Below are positions 43,596-52,601 of a stretch of 64,000 nucleotides of DNA, in pieces. Position 1 is the first letter of the stretch. Every line of letters begins with the position of its first letter. This DNA is from an uncultured virus (IMG/VR IMGVR_UViG_3300044986_000368). Taxonomy: Duplodnaviria; Heunggongvirae; Uroviricota; Caudoviricetes. The notes under the pieces were generated by a model. That model had not been told where the DNA came from and made no database searches. It saw only the letters and a program-made list of their open reading frames with translations. The DNA lies in IMG/VR virus record IMGVR_UViG_3300044986_000368, one strand, 5' to 3'. Made by a program: the position numbers and the translations under genes.

Positions 43596-44657
43596 TCATG
43601 CCAGCTTCACCCATCCAGCTTTATTGGAAAGAACTAGGCCGTTCACAGGATTGTCGATTTCCGCCCTCAACTGTTCTGTCTCCAGCTTGAGCAGCTTCGC
43701 CAGCTCCTTGATTCTCATGGGTTTGTCCGCCACCAGCTTGCCAACTTGCGTGCCGATAAACGTCTTGTGCTTAGGAAGTCCGTCGCTCGACTGATCCCCG
43801 GCGACGGGCGGGGCACATGAATCCGCAGCACTTGCCCCTGCTACGGCACCGTCAGTCGTCGGTGATACAATGGGGTCTGCCGCTGAGAGCAGCAGATTCG
43901 GCAGCGAGTCGTCTTTACAACCATGGACGACCACCGCTGAAGAGGAAACTGGAGCCTTGTGAGATTCGTTTGGCCCGACACCCGGCATGTCATCGCAGAC
44001 GATTTGCTTGCCTTCCTTGCGGAAATTGCAGGTGCGCCAAAGGTGCTGAATCAGGCTTGTGGAGTGAGAATGCGGGATCACCTCATGCCGGATTGCCACG
44101 TCAAATGGCTCCAAAGGCATACCCGTAAACGCAGCTACACGGTCAATGTGCTGAATCTTAGGCGAGTATGCGGCGTAATTCGGCGGGTAAATACCCGTGC
44201 CAACCATGTGAGGCTCGCCAAGAATGGGAACTCGACCTTGCGGAGTATCCTGAAAACCGCGTGTAGGAACAATGCAACCCATGTAGGGTTTGTTCGCAGA
44301 AACGTATTCGTCGTGCAGGCGGTCAAGCCAGCCTGAGCACAGCGGCGCGTTATCAATCTCAAAGAAATAGAACGCTTCCCGAATGTTGAGGGCGTGAATG
44401 GCCTGAGCAGCTAGCTTAAAGTGCTTGTTGGAAGCAAGGGGCCAGCCAGTGATGCCGTTCAGGTTGACGCGAAGAAGCTCCGCTCGGCTGAACAGCGGAG
44501 ACAGCTTTTCCAGCGCCTCCTTGGCAGGTTGTTCCACGGTAACATCTGGCACAATAGCCAAAACGTGACGCGGGTAAGGCCCGAACTTCTTGATTAGGTC
44601 AACTCGCTTGGCGAGCAAATGAACATCAGACTGCGATACAGGAATTGCTAAGAGCAT
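43596..44657 (-). CDS. Putative GT-A fold glycosyltransferase
   Basis: GWP..SN..F, FYFFEID..P...WLD.L..EY, HMVGTGIYP, VVHGCKD. Confidence 0.6.
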   Translation of the reverse strand: MLLAIPVSQSDVHLLAKRVDLIKKFGPYPRHVLAIVPDVTVEQPAKEALEKLSPLFSRAELLRVNLNGITGWPLASNKHFKLAAQAIHALNIREAFYFFEIDNAPLCSGWLDRLHDEYVSANKPYMGCIVPTRGFQDTPQGRVPILGEPHMVGTGIYPPNYAAYSPKIQHIDRVAAFTGMPLEPFDVAIRHEVIPHSHSTSLIQHLWRTCNFRKEGKQIVCDDMPGVGPNESHKAPVSSSAVVVHGCKDDSLPNLLLSAADPIVSPTTDGAVAGASAADSCAPPVAGDQSSDGLPKHKTFIGTQVGKLVADKPMRIKELAKLLKLETEQLRAEIDNPVNGLVLSNKAGWVKLA

Positions 44658-44712
44658 GGTAGTGCTCTCGTAGCATGTTCCGTAAGGTTGGCAACCGGAA
44701 TTTTATGCTAAA

Positions 44713-47133
44713 TCACAGAATTGCGTGCTGGTTATATCCAGCATTTCGCAAAGCTCTGCGTGCCACGTCTAGCTGTGGAAGCCTGACTTTCTTTTCAAAC
44801 CACTTGGGATTGAGGGCAACCGTGAACTCGACAATGGCTTTTGATGCCGTCTCGTCATCCCATCCAGTGAGCTTCTTGACCTTCTTGACGGCAAACTCAA
44901 AGTAGCCCTCGTTCACCATGACGTTGCCACATTGATAATGCCATCCGATGATGCCATTGCCGCAAATGGGAACTTCGTTAACCAGATAGTTTCGCCAAGT
45001 TTTTACCTGAGAATCAATGTGATACACGGTGTCGTCGCTCAGGCACGGAAGATTCACCGAGCCATCAAAAACATACTGGGCGTTGTGTGCATTTGGATAA
45101 ACGCAGTCCGAAATGACAAGGCTTGCCTCTTGAATGCGGGGATGTTTCATCGCTTCCGCAATCGTCATGCAGGAGGATTGATTGCCGATGAACAGCTTGC
45201 TGCCAGCGATCAATTCTGCGACCTCTAGCATGTTGGCTGTGTGCTTGTATTCCACAGCGCCAAACGCATCACAGAAAGCTCGGTGCTCATGGTCTAGGCC
45301 AAGGAACAACAGCTTCTCTCCATAAAACTCGACAACCTTGCGCCAAGGGAAGTGAGGGTTCCCGTATCGCGGAGAACGATTGATGACAACCCGCCCTCGC
45401 GTCAGCTTGCTAGGCTCAATATTGAACAGCCAGCGTTCAGAGAGATTTGGCATGGTCGAAATGAACCCATGATCCAAGGCGTGCTTGGCATGATTGTGAG
45501 CCAAGGACATGTCGTGCTGAACCCATCCTGAGCGGAAGCCTTCGCTTTGCCAGTCAACAGGCTCGCCCTCGTAAATCTTGACATCCTTGATGTATGACTG
45601 CGCCATCAAAATTGGCTTGATGATGTCAATCTTGCTGGTGATGCCTTTGGTTTGCCCGTTGTCGCGCAACAGATACACGGCCTCACATCCAAGGTGGTGC
45701 AGTGTAGCCAAGGACACGATAATGTCGCCCAAATCGCCAGAAGAGGTGACATGCTTGACGCCTGAATACGTCTTTGCGGAGCGAACAATGTGATGCCCAA
45801 GCTGAACGTATGACCCAGAGTAGGGAGTGTTGATCGCATTCCACGCCACCGTTTCATCAAACACGTCCTTGTGGCAATGAACGCCGTCAACGCCAATGTG
45901 GCGGGAACGAGAGGCAGTAGGCACAATGCAATGCAGCCCATTGCGAGGAATGACGCGAAGCTGAATGTTCCAATCCCAGCCAGAAGGTGTTTTGTCGGCA
46001 TTGCCACTGGAATAGTCGAAGTCCCAAGTGTCACGCACATAATCCTTCCAGATGTGTCGTGGCATCATCCAAATGTTGCCCGTGAACTCCGTGCTACGGT
46101 GCCATGTCTCAGGATTGTGGTCTGCATTCTTTCCAACCCACTTGGCGCAAACAGCCATAGTTTTGTTGTCCATGTGAGTCGTCATGGACAGCAGGAATCT
46201 CAGCGTGTCAGGAGCAACCACAAAATCGTCCTCGCCAAGAATAACGCGGCTTGCCATTTGCTCGCTGAAGCAATTTTCAAACAGGTGCCACGGATTCTTT
46301 AGCACGCCCAAGACCTCCTTGTTCTTGTGAACGATCACAGGAACCGGGCATTTGAGCGCGAAATCATCAATGATGGCAAGGATCAAATCACGTTGATTCG
46401 TCGGCTCCACAAAGAACTGAACGCTTTTCACCAGCGACAAATCGTTTTTCAGCCAGCTTTCCAAAGACTCTTGCAGATACATCGGCCTGCCAGCGCAGGT
46501 AAACGCCAAGATTGCATGTTCCGGCCCCATCAGTGAGTCAAAAACCATTCGGCCATGCTCATAACGCGCAGGCGAATTGCTATTGCGAGCGACCTCATCT
46601 TCGGTGCCGTAGTTTTGACTTGGGTTTTTGTGGATGAACTGGATGTCAGTCGCGTCAGCAATGTTGGCATGTCGGATAGCTTGTTGGGTAAAGAAGTTGT
46701 CGCAGTAAACGGATTTAAATAGGGGGTGATAGAGGTAGCCAACCGTCTCATACCAATCGCGGGAAACGATGGCATGGCAGATCAAGTCGTCTTTGCGGTG
46801 CAAGTCGCCAATGCGCAAAACGTCGTTGTCGCCAAGACGGGCCTCCACAATCTCATCCCAATTTTGAACTGGCTCCCAATCGTCGTCTAGGCCGATGAGA
46901 ATATCTCCCTTGCAGCCAGCAGAGGCGGCATTCCACGCAGCAACACATGAGTTCTCCCTGCCTATGAACGTGGGGCAGTTGAAGTCCTCAAACAAAGCCT
47001 CGTCACCAAGATCAATGCCAAGAACAATCTCGACACGCTCAGGGTTTTTTGCCATACTGAGCCACAATTCGTGACACTTTTTGGCTACATGAGGACGTTT
47101 TGTTGCGTGGCAGAGAGAGATTATTTTCATCAA
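44713..47133 (-). CDS. Tri-domain glycosyltransferase (GT2-like + GT-A + GT9/GT-B-like)
   Basis: AAWN..GDILIGLDDD..YCDN; ILGEDDF..GWDWN..RSRHIG; SGDLGDII..FIGNQSS. Confidence 0.8.
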   Translation of the reverse strand: MMKIISLCHATKRPHVAKKCHELWLSMAKNPERVEIVLGIDLGDEALFEDFNCPTFIGRENSCVAAWNAASAGCKGDILIGLDDDWEPVQNWDEIVEARLGDNDVLRIGDLHRKDDLICHAIVSRDWYETVGYLYHPLFKSVYCDNFFTQQAIRHANIADATDIQFIHKNPSQNYGTEDEVARNSNSPARYEHGRMVFDSLMGPEHAILAFTCAGRPMYLQESLESWLKNDLSLVKSVQFFVEPTNQRDLILAIIDDFALKCPVPVIVHKNKEVLGVLKNPWHLFENCFSEQMASRVILGEDDFVVAPDTLRFLLSMTTHMDNKTMAVCAKWVGKNADHNPETWHRSTEFTGNIWMMPRHIWKDYVRDTWDFDYSSGNADKTPSGWDWNIQLRVIPRNGLHCIVPTASRSRHIGVDGVHCHKDVFDETVAWNAINTPYSGSYVQLGHHIVRSAKTYSGVKHVTSSGDLGDIIVSLATLHHLGCEAVYLLRDNGQTKGITSKIDIIKPILMAQSYIKDVKIYEGEPVDWQSEGFRSGWVQHDMSLAHNHAKHALDHGFISTMPNLSERWLFNIEPSKLTRGRVVINRSPRYGNPHFPWRKVVEFYGEKLLFLGLDHEHRAFCDAFGAVEYKHTANMLEVAELIAGSKLFIGNQSSCMTIAEAMKHPRIQEASLVISDCVYPNAHNAQYVFDGSVNLPCLSDDTVYHIDSQVKTWRNYLVNEVPICGNGIIGWHYQCGNVMVNEGYFEFAVKKVKKLTGWDDETASKAIVEFTVALNPKWFEKKVRLPQLDVARRALRNAGYNQHAIL

Positions 47134-47426
47134 GATTGGTTTTTAGACACCCATTCCGCGATTTGAGTAATGACACTATCGCTTGTGGAGGCGCAAGAGT
47201 CGCCGTTCTCGATAAACGAGAGAAATGCGCTGTTGATGCCAATTTGAAAAGCAAGCTCACGCTGTTTCATTCGCTTCTCCACGCGAAACTTTTTGAGTTC
47301 CATGCCAATGCGATTGACATAGCCAGACCTCGCAGTTTTGTATTTCTCTGTGATTTGAGAGACGTTCTTGTGGAACTCATTCGTGAGTTTTTGCAGGCGT
47401 TGCAGTTCTTGTTGTAGTTTTGTCAT
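47130..47426 (-). CDS. XRE-family HTH protein
   Basis: LKKFR..KRMKQRELAFQIGINSAFLSFIENG. Confidence 0.8.
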   Translation of the reverse strand: MTKLQQELQRLQKLTNEFHKNVSQITEKYKTARSGYVNRIGMELKKFRVEKRMKQRELAFQIGINSAFLSFIENGDSCASTSDSVITQIAEWVSKNQS

Positions 47427-47442
47427 AAGAGTTAAGGGAAAG

Positions 47443-47518
47443 TGGCAACCGGCTAAGGAATCGAACCTTACCAATCGGATTTGGAGTCCAACTCGCCAAC
47501 CTTGGAACATGGCCGGTT
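47443..47518 (-). tRNA. tRNA-Trp(CCA) with encoded 3' CCA and an atypical D-arm
   Basis: Acceptor AACCGGC/GCCGGTT-GCCA, anticodon arm TTGGA-CTCCAAA-TCCGA, T-arm TAAGG-TTCGATT-CCTTA. Confidence 0.88.
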
Positions 47519-47542
47519 AAAATTGCCTTTTTATCTTCCTCC

Positions 47543-47606
47543 CCGGCTATGTTTCCGCTACACTACAAGAAGGCTAACTTGGGGTGGCTCGAACACCCGA
47601 CTCCGG
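47543..47606 (-). ncRNA. Circularly permuted tRNA-like element (YrlA-like topology)
   Basis: CCGG-AGTC-[GGGTG TTCGAGC CACCC]-[CAAG..CTTG]-TA-[GTGT AGCGGAA ACAT]-AG-CCGG. Confidence 0.55.
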
Positions 47607-47616
47607 CATGATTTGT

Positions 47617-47859
47617 TCAGCAAGCCCAACGCTTGCGAGCAGCTTTACCGCGTTCGCCAGTCCATCCTTGTGAACGTGCGCAGAACGACTTTTTGCGTGC
47701 TGCGTCAGCTTCAGTCTTGGGATGCGGCGCTGGTGCTTTGAGATTGCTACCCGTGGCAGCGTTGTATTTTGCACGGCCCTTGGCGGTCAAACCCGCCCCC
47801 TTAGAGACAGGAAGTTTTTCGCCTCGGCCTACCGATAGTGATGGTGATTTCTTTGCCAT
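47617..47859 (-). CDS. Small basic phage protein (DUF6321-like)
   Basis: GLTAKGRAKYN..TGSNLKAP..RKKSFCAR..RKRWAC. Confidence 0.8.
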   Translation of the reverse strand: MAKKSPSLSVGRGEKLPVSKGAGLTAKGRAKYNAATGSNLKAPAPHPKTEADAARKKSFCARSQGWTGERGKAARKRWAC

Positions 47860-47900
47860 GAGAAACCTTACGGCATTAGAATGAACCCGGCAAGCGAAAA

Positions 47901-48305
47901 TCAACCGAGACGCTGCTTCAACTGGTACTGCCTAGCCTCGCTGGCATTGCAAAGCCCTTGCAGCAAGTCTTGTGTGCCGTTGGACGCTTTTGCCATCGCC
48001 TTGTCAATCAGGCCACAGAGGTCTTTCTCACCTTTGAGAATGATACGGAAGAAGGTTTCTGCTTTTGTTTCATCAGGGGCTACTGCTGACATATCTGCCG
48101 CCACACGGTTAATTTTGGTGATGGAGAGCTTTTCGCTGCCGAGTCCGATAACGCGCTCAACAAGGGAGTCGTAAGCTGCTTCATAGGCCGGATAAAGCTC
48201 GCCAAGGAACTCGTGATCCTCGAAGAAATTCGGGCCTTTGACCATGTTGTGAGCACGATGGGCGAGAAACTGAAGGGCGCGATACTGAGTGATGAGGGAG
48301 TCCAT
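47901..48305 (-). CDS. Dps/ferritin-like protein
   Basis: H.AH..VKG.NFFEDH.FLGELY...D.LVER signature. Confidence 0.8.
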   Translation of the reverse strand: MDSLITQYRALQFLAHRAHNMVKGPNFFEDHEFLGELYPAYEAAYDSLVERVIGLGSEKLSITKINRVAADMSAVAPDETKAETFFRIILKGEKDLCGLIDKAMAKASNGTQDLLQGLCNASEARQYQLKQRLG

Positions 48306-48419
48306 AGAGGTAGCGTGCTTGACTTGCTAGAAATTACAAGTGGAAATCTGCGCTCAGATGTAGTAAAAGTTGAGGCCCGCAAGGAGAACAGCCCTGCGAG
48401 CCTCTAACGACATCCATCA

Positions 48420-49253
48420 ATGAACGAAATGAACGCCGCTGAATCAAATCAAACACACGACACCGAAACCCGCAAGAGGAAACGCGGAGAGATACGGGAG
48501 GATGGGATGGTGTTTTGGGGGTATAAAAGAGGCAAGGAAAAGTGGGTGACGCCGGAAAGGCTAGCCGAAGTCAGAAAGAACTGCGCAGCCAAAACCAAGG
48601 CAAGGAGAATGGCTGATCCCGAAAAAGCTAGGCAGCAATCGCGGGAAAGCCATGCACGGAACCATGAGAAAGAGCGCGAGCATTATCGCCAAAATAGGGA
48701 TCGTATTCTGAAGAAGAACAAGGAGTGGTCTATGGCTAACAGGGAAAAGCACCGCGCCTTGATTGATCGGTGGAATGAGGAAAATCCCGAAAAACTGCTA
48801 GAATATAGCAGGAAGCACAAAGCATCCGACAAGGGTAAGGAATACATGCGCGAATATGTGAAGCGCAGACGCCGTGAAAACCCACAAGTTCTTATGGCAG
48901 AGCGGATTCGCGCTCGTCTAAGGGTGGCGCTGTCCGAAAGAGGATATGGTAAGGACTCTCTAACAATGGACGTTTTGGGGTGCTCTTGGGGCGAATTTGT
49001 TGCACATATTGAATCTCAATTCACTGGAGGACTCTCATGGGAGAATAAAGACGAATGGCACATTGACCATCACATCCCAATAGATGCAGCAAGAGATGTT
49101 CAGGAGGTTAAGATGTTGAACTATTACACCAACCTGAAGCCAATGTGGGGAAGTGAGAATTTAAAGAAAAGTGATAATTTGCCAGAAAATTTCCTTGCGC
49201 TTTGGAACAACTTGTGCAAAGTCACTGGCAACGAGTGTAAAATCCGTATGTAA
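48420..49253 (+). CDS. HNH endonuclease with charged helical N-terminus
   Basis: LGCS..EF..HIE.QF..G.SWEN..WHIDHHIP..YTNLKPMW..ENLKKSD. Confidence 0.88.
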   Translation: MNEMNAAESNQTHDTETRKRKRGEIREDGMVFWGYKRGKEKWVTPERLAEVRKNCAAKTKARRMADPEKARQQSRESHARNHEKEREHYRQNRDRILKKNKEWSMANREKHRALIDRWNEENPEKLLEYSRKHKASDKGKEYMREYVKRRRRENPQVLMAERIRARLRVALSERGYGKDSLTMDVLGCSWGEFVAHIESQFTGGLSWENKDEWHIDHHIPIDAARDVQEVKMLNYYTNLKPMWGSENLKKSDNLPENFLALWNNLCKVTGNECKIRM

Positions 49254-49426
49254 CACGGCTTCGGAATGCTCACCGGACGGAACGTGCGATAAGAGCAAAA
49301 CATCCTAATCTTTCGCTCGGGATTAGAACATGACCTGTTTTTCCTCATGCCACTGTGGCGTGCTGGAACCAAAACTGGTCAAATAAAGTTCTACTCAATC
49401 TTCTTCCGCCCTTAGGGCAAACCACT

Positions 49427-50605
49427 ATGGCCGCGTGTGATAATATCAACAACTTCTTCGTAAGCGAAGCTAACCGCATCAGTAATGATCCTTCCTACCG
49501 TAACTGGGTAACCACTCCCTGGGACGACAATACTATTGTTCCTAAGACTCGTTGGCCTGATGGAATGGGCGCAACGCCTAATTTTTTGGTTTTTGAACGT
49601 AGCACCCCGCTCAACAACGCAATCACCTTTGATACTGTCGGCTTCAACGATGGCGGTGAAGGCGATGCTGGTGGTTCCTGCACTCCTACGACTGTCACGG
49701 TCTATCAGGCTTACACCCGCCGCACGATGGCTCTCAAGCTGGCTGCGGTTCAGTCCGAGAAAATCTGCATGGAAGACGGTCGCATGGCCTACGAAATCGT
49801 TCAGCAGGGTTCGCACATTCTGCGTAACCTCCAGAACAACTCACGCTACGCTTGGGCCAATCAGCGCCGTGACGAGTTCACCAGCGTTTGCTCCAACAAG
49901 GCTGTGCTTGACTCGTCCATGACGACCTCTAGCTCCAGCTTCGGCACCGGCACCATCGGCACCATCAACCGTGAAGTCCTTGACTACTGGTATGATCGCC
50001 TTGTGGCTGACGGCGCTCATCAGGGCAACGGTCTTGGCACCAACCAGTATGGGCAGCCGGTTCTGCCGCTGATCCTCAGCCGTGAAGCTCAGGCCACTCT
50101 TGTGAACAACGAGACGAGCCTGAACAACATCCGCTGGTCGAATAGCAGCGACAAGCTCCTTGGGCCTCGCGGTTCCTTCGTGAACCTTGAGGGCTTCAAG
50201 CACATGATCGACATTCAGGCTCCTCGCTGGAACCTTGTTGGCGGTGCTTGGGTGCGTGTTCCCTTCTTCCTTCCGGCCTCCTCGGCTGGTGAAGCTGCGG
50301 AAGTCAATCCTGACTACTACACCGCTGGTTACGAAGACCTCTACATCGCCTCTAATCAGGTGGTCAAGTTCGCCATTCCGGGTTCTGCCCTTCAGGCTGG
50401 CGACCTCAAGTTCGCTCCGCAGGATTACCTCGGTAACTTCCGCTGGATCAACAAGTATGACCTTGAGTGCAACCCTGACGAGAACATCGGCTACTTCCGT
50501 GGCAAGCTCGGCTACGGTGCGCAGCCGGGTATCCCTGAATACGGTGCGGTTATTCGCTTCAAACGTTGCCCGCTTAGCTGGACGGTGAACACCGCCTGCT
50601 CCTAA
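49427..50605 (+). CDS. Major capsid protein (392 aa from MAACD)
   Basis: Size, strongly biased highly-expressed codon usage, downstream terminator, followed by fibre genes. Confidence 0.75.
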   Translation: MAACDNINNFFVSEANRISNDPSYRNWVTTPWDDNTIVPKTRWPDGMGATPNFLVFERSTPLNNAITFDTVGFNDGGEGDAGGSCTPTTVTVYQAYTRRTMALKLAAVQSEKICMEDGRMAYEIVQQGSHILRNLQNNSRYAWANQRRDEFTSVCSNKAVLDSSMTTSSSSFGTGTIGTINREVLDYWYDRLVADGAHQGNGLGTNQYGQPVLPLILSREAQATLVNNETSLNNIRWSNSSDKLLGPRGSFVNLEGFKHMIDIQAPRWNLVGGAWVRVPFFLPASSAGEAAEVNPDYYTAGYEDLYIASNQVVKFAIPGSALQAGDLKFAPQDYLGNFRWINKYDLECNPDENIGYFRGKLGYGAQPGIPEYGAVIRFKRCPLSWTVNTACS

Positions 50606-50629
50606 TCCCGAACGGTCTAACCTCTAACC

Positions 50630-50670
50630 GGGCGGGGTCGGCATCAACTGCTGGCCCCGCCCTTCTTACT
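50630..50670 (+). terminator. Intrinsic terminator after the capsid gene
   Basis: GGGCGGGGTCGGCA-loop-TGCTGGCCCCGCCC-TTCTT. Confidence 0.75.
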
Positions 50671-50677
50671 TACCACT

Positions 50678-50962
50678 ATGCCAAGTTTCAAAACCCCTGA
50701 AGGCTGGGAAATGCCTACTGATGCAACGCCGGGACAACCTTTTCAGGCTGTCGGAACATTCGTGGCTGACGAAGCCGGAAACCTCACGTTGATGGAAATC
50801 GACGGTTCGCCCATTGAAGGGTATGAAGAACCTGAGATGGAAGGCGAGGAAACCGAAATCGAAATCGAGGTTGGCGGCAAAAAGAAGCCTGCCAAGAACG
50901 AGGAAGGTATGACCGGCCCCGAAGAAATGATGATGCGTGCTCAAAAAGCCGGTCTATTCTAA
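50678..50962 (+). CDS. Hypothetical acidic protein, 94 aa
   Basis: Operon packing. Confidence 0.7.
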   Translation: MPSFKTPEGWEMPTDATPGQPFQAVGTFVADEAGNLTLMEIDGSPIEGYEEPEMEGEETEIEIEVGGKKKPAKNEEGMTGPEEMMMRAQKAGLF

Positions 50963-50965
50963 GCC

Positions 50966-51169
50966 ATGCCCGGTCAACTACAGACACTAAACGTTCCGCC
51001 ACCTGTTAGCATCCAGACTCTCTGGAACGCAATTCGGGTGGCGTTCGTCAACCGTAATCATCCCGGCGCAATTTCCTATAATCCGTTGACAGTTCCACCG
51101 CCCAATGTCAGCGTTCAAACATTGATTTACGCTGCCTTAAAAGCAGCACAGGGCGAGCTACAATCCTAA
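50966..51169 (+). CDS. 67-aa protein made of two copies of the fibre N-terminal motif
   Basis: L.VPPP.VS(I/V)QTL twice. Confidence 0.7.
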   Translation: MPGQLQTLNVPPPVSIQTLWNAIRVAFVNRNHPGAISYNPLTVPPPNVSVQTLIYAALKAAQGELQS

Positions 51170-51173
51170 CGCC

Positions 51174-52337
51174 ATGTCTGGACAACTCCAAACACTTAAT
51201 ACACCGCCGCCAGTTAGCGTTCAGACGCTTCTCTACGGCATTTATCAAGCCACTTCTAGCGGAAGCGGTGGCAGCACCGCATGGGGTTCCATTACCGGAA
51301 CCCTGAGCAATCAGACCGACCTTCAGACGGCGCTCAACCTCAAGACCAACAACGCTGCGGCTGCGATCACTGGCGGCTCCGTAACCGGCCTGACTTCGTT
51401 CGGTTTGGCTAACGCCGACGCCAGCGGGTATGGCTTGTTTTTCCAAGTCAACGAGGTTCTTTCCTCACCACGGGTTCTATCGCTCAAGACCAACAACGCC
51501 AACCGGACGCTTGATCTGAGCGGCAACCTGACCCTTGGAGGCAACTTCACTACCACCGGCAGCGGCACCATCGCCCTCGGTGGCTTTACCCTGACCGTCC
51601 CGGCGACCGGCACGGCGGCGCTTTTGGGGGTGGCGAATACGTTCACAGCAGCTCAAACTGTATCCGGTGGGACGGTCACGGTTAGCACACCTCTGCTAGA
51701 CCTGTCACAAACTTGGAATGCTGGAGCAGTAGCCTTTACCGGCATCAAGGCCAACTACACAGCCACCGCCGCCGCCGCAACATCCATGCTCATGGACTTG
51801 CAAGTTGGCGGCACATCAAAATTTAAGGTTGTCGCAAACAGCGCCACGGCGGGAACCCAAGTTATTTTTTCAGGCAACGGAGCCTCGACGACAATCACTC
51901 AGGCGGCTTCGGAAGTTTCATTCAATAACGGCTTCTCAGCCACCTTGCGCTTTGGGCTTGGCAATACTGATACATCTATTGTCGGGCAAGGGTGTCCGAT
52001 TCAACTTGCCAACTACGGAGATAACCCATTCAAGTTCGCCAAGAACGTCAATAGCGTGGCAGTTACGTTTGTGGTGGCTGTGGATGCAGCGGATGTGTTT
52101 GCCCTCAGAAATGCCAGTGCTGCCCAAACGCTCCGAGTTTACGGCACCTACACCGACGCCAGCAATTATCGCCGTCTTGCCATCGGCAGCACCACGGCAG
52201 GCGTGTTTTCTATTACAGCCGAAGGCGCGGGAACCGGAGCCAGCGGCAATGTGCTGCACATTTCCAGCCTGCCCACCAGCAATCCCGGCCCCGGCATTCT
52301 TTGGAACAACGCGGGCACGCCAGCCATCGGAACCTAA
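51174..52337 (+). CDS. Tail/capsid fibre protein
   Basis: WGSITGTLSNQTDLQ.AL motif; Gly/Thr/Ala-rich beta repeats; LPTSNPG.G.LWN tip. Confidence 0.8.
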   Translation: MSGQLQTLNTPPPVSVQTLLYGIYQATSSGSGGSTAWGSITGTLSNQTDLQTALNLKTNNAAAAITGGSVTGLTSFGLANADASGYGLFFQVNEVLSSPRVLSLKTNNANRTLDLSGNLTLGGNFTTTGSGTIALGGFTLTVPATGTAALLGVANTFTAAQTVSGGTVTVSTPLLDLSQTWNAGAVAFTGIKANYTATAAAATSMLMDLQVGGTSKFKVVANSATAGTQVIFSGNGASTTITQAASEVSFNNGFSATLRFGLGNTDTSIVGQGCPIQLANYGDNPFKFAKNVNSVAVTFVVAVDAADVFALRNASAAQTLRVYGTYTDASNYRRLAIGSTTAGVFSITAEGAGTGASGNVLHISSLPTSNPGPGILWNNAGTPAIGT

Positions 52338-52348
52338 AGCTAAACATC

Positions 52349-52597
52349 ATGAACATCACCCTGACACCCGAACGCCTTGCTTCGCTCGAAGCCGAAGCCA
52401 CCCGCCGCAATGCGGTGCCGAATGCCATCCCGACCACCGCCGAGGAGATCGCCACGCAACTTGTCAGCGCGGCGGCGGACTCTTATGCGGCGACTGCACG
52501 CGATACCTATGTGCGCAGCCTCTACGAGCGCATCAAGACCGCCGATGCGGCCACTCAATCGGACATTTTCAACTATGCTGAAACGCAGTTAGCCTGA
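52349..52597 (+). CDS. Putative fibre-associated protein
   Basis: Small helical ORF after the fibre gene. Confidence 0.55.
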   Translation: MNITLTPERLASLEAEATRRNAVPNAIPTTAEEIATQLVSAAADSYAATARDTYVRSLYERIKTADAATQSDIFNYAETQLA

Positions 52598-52601
52598 CCT
52601 T

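Noticed and set aside
47443..47518. Stop-codon reassignment or suppressor tRNA
   Set aside because: The anticodon is CCA (Trp), and long genes are intact under code 11 with all three stops in use
47520..47620. Two-piece tmRNA or a second true tRNA
   Set aside because: No tag ORF, no anticodon loop and no free CCA end; kept only as a tRNA-mimic candidate
48420..49253. Group I intron around the HNH upstream of the capsid gene
   Set aside because: Flanking genes are uninterrupted and no P/Q/R/S core was seen; treated as free-standing
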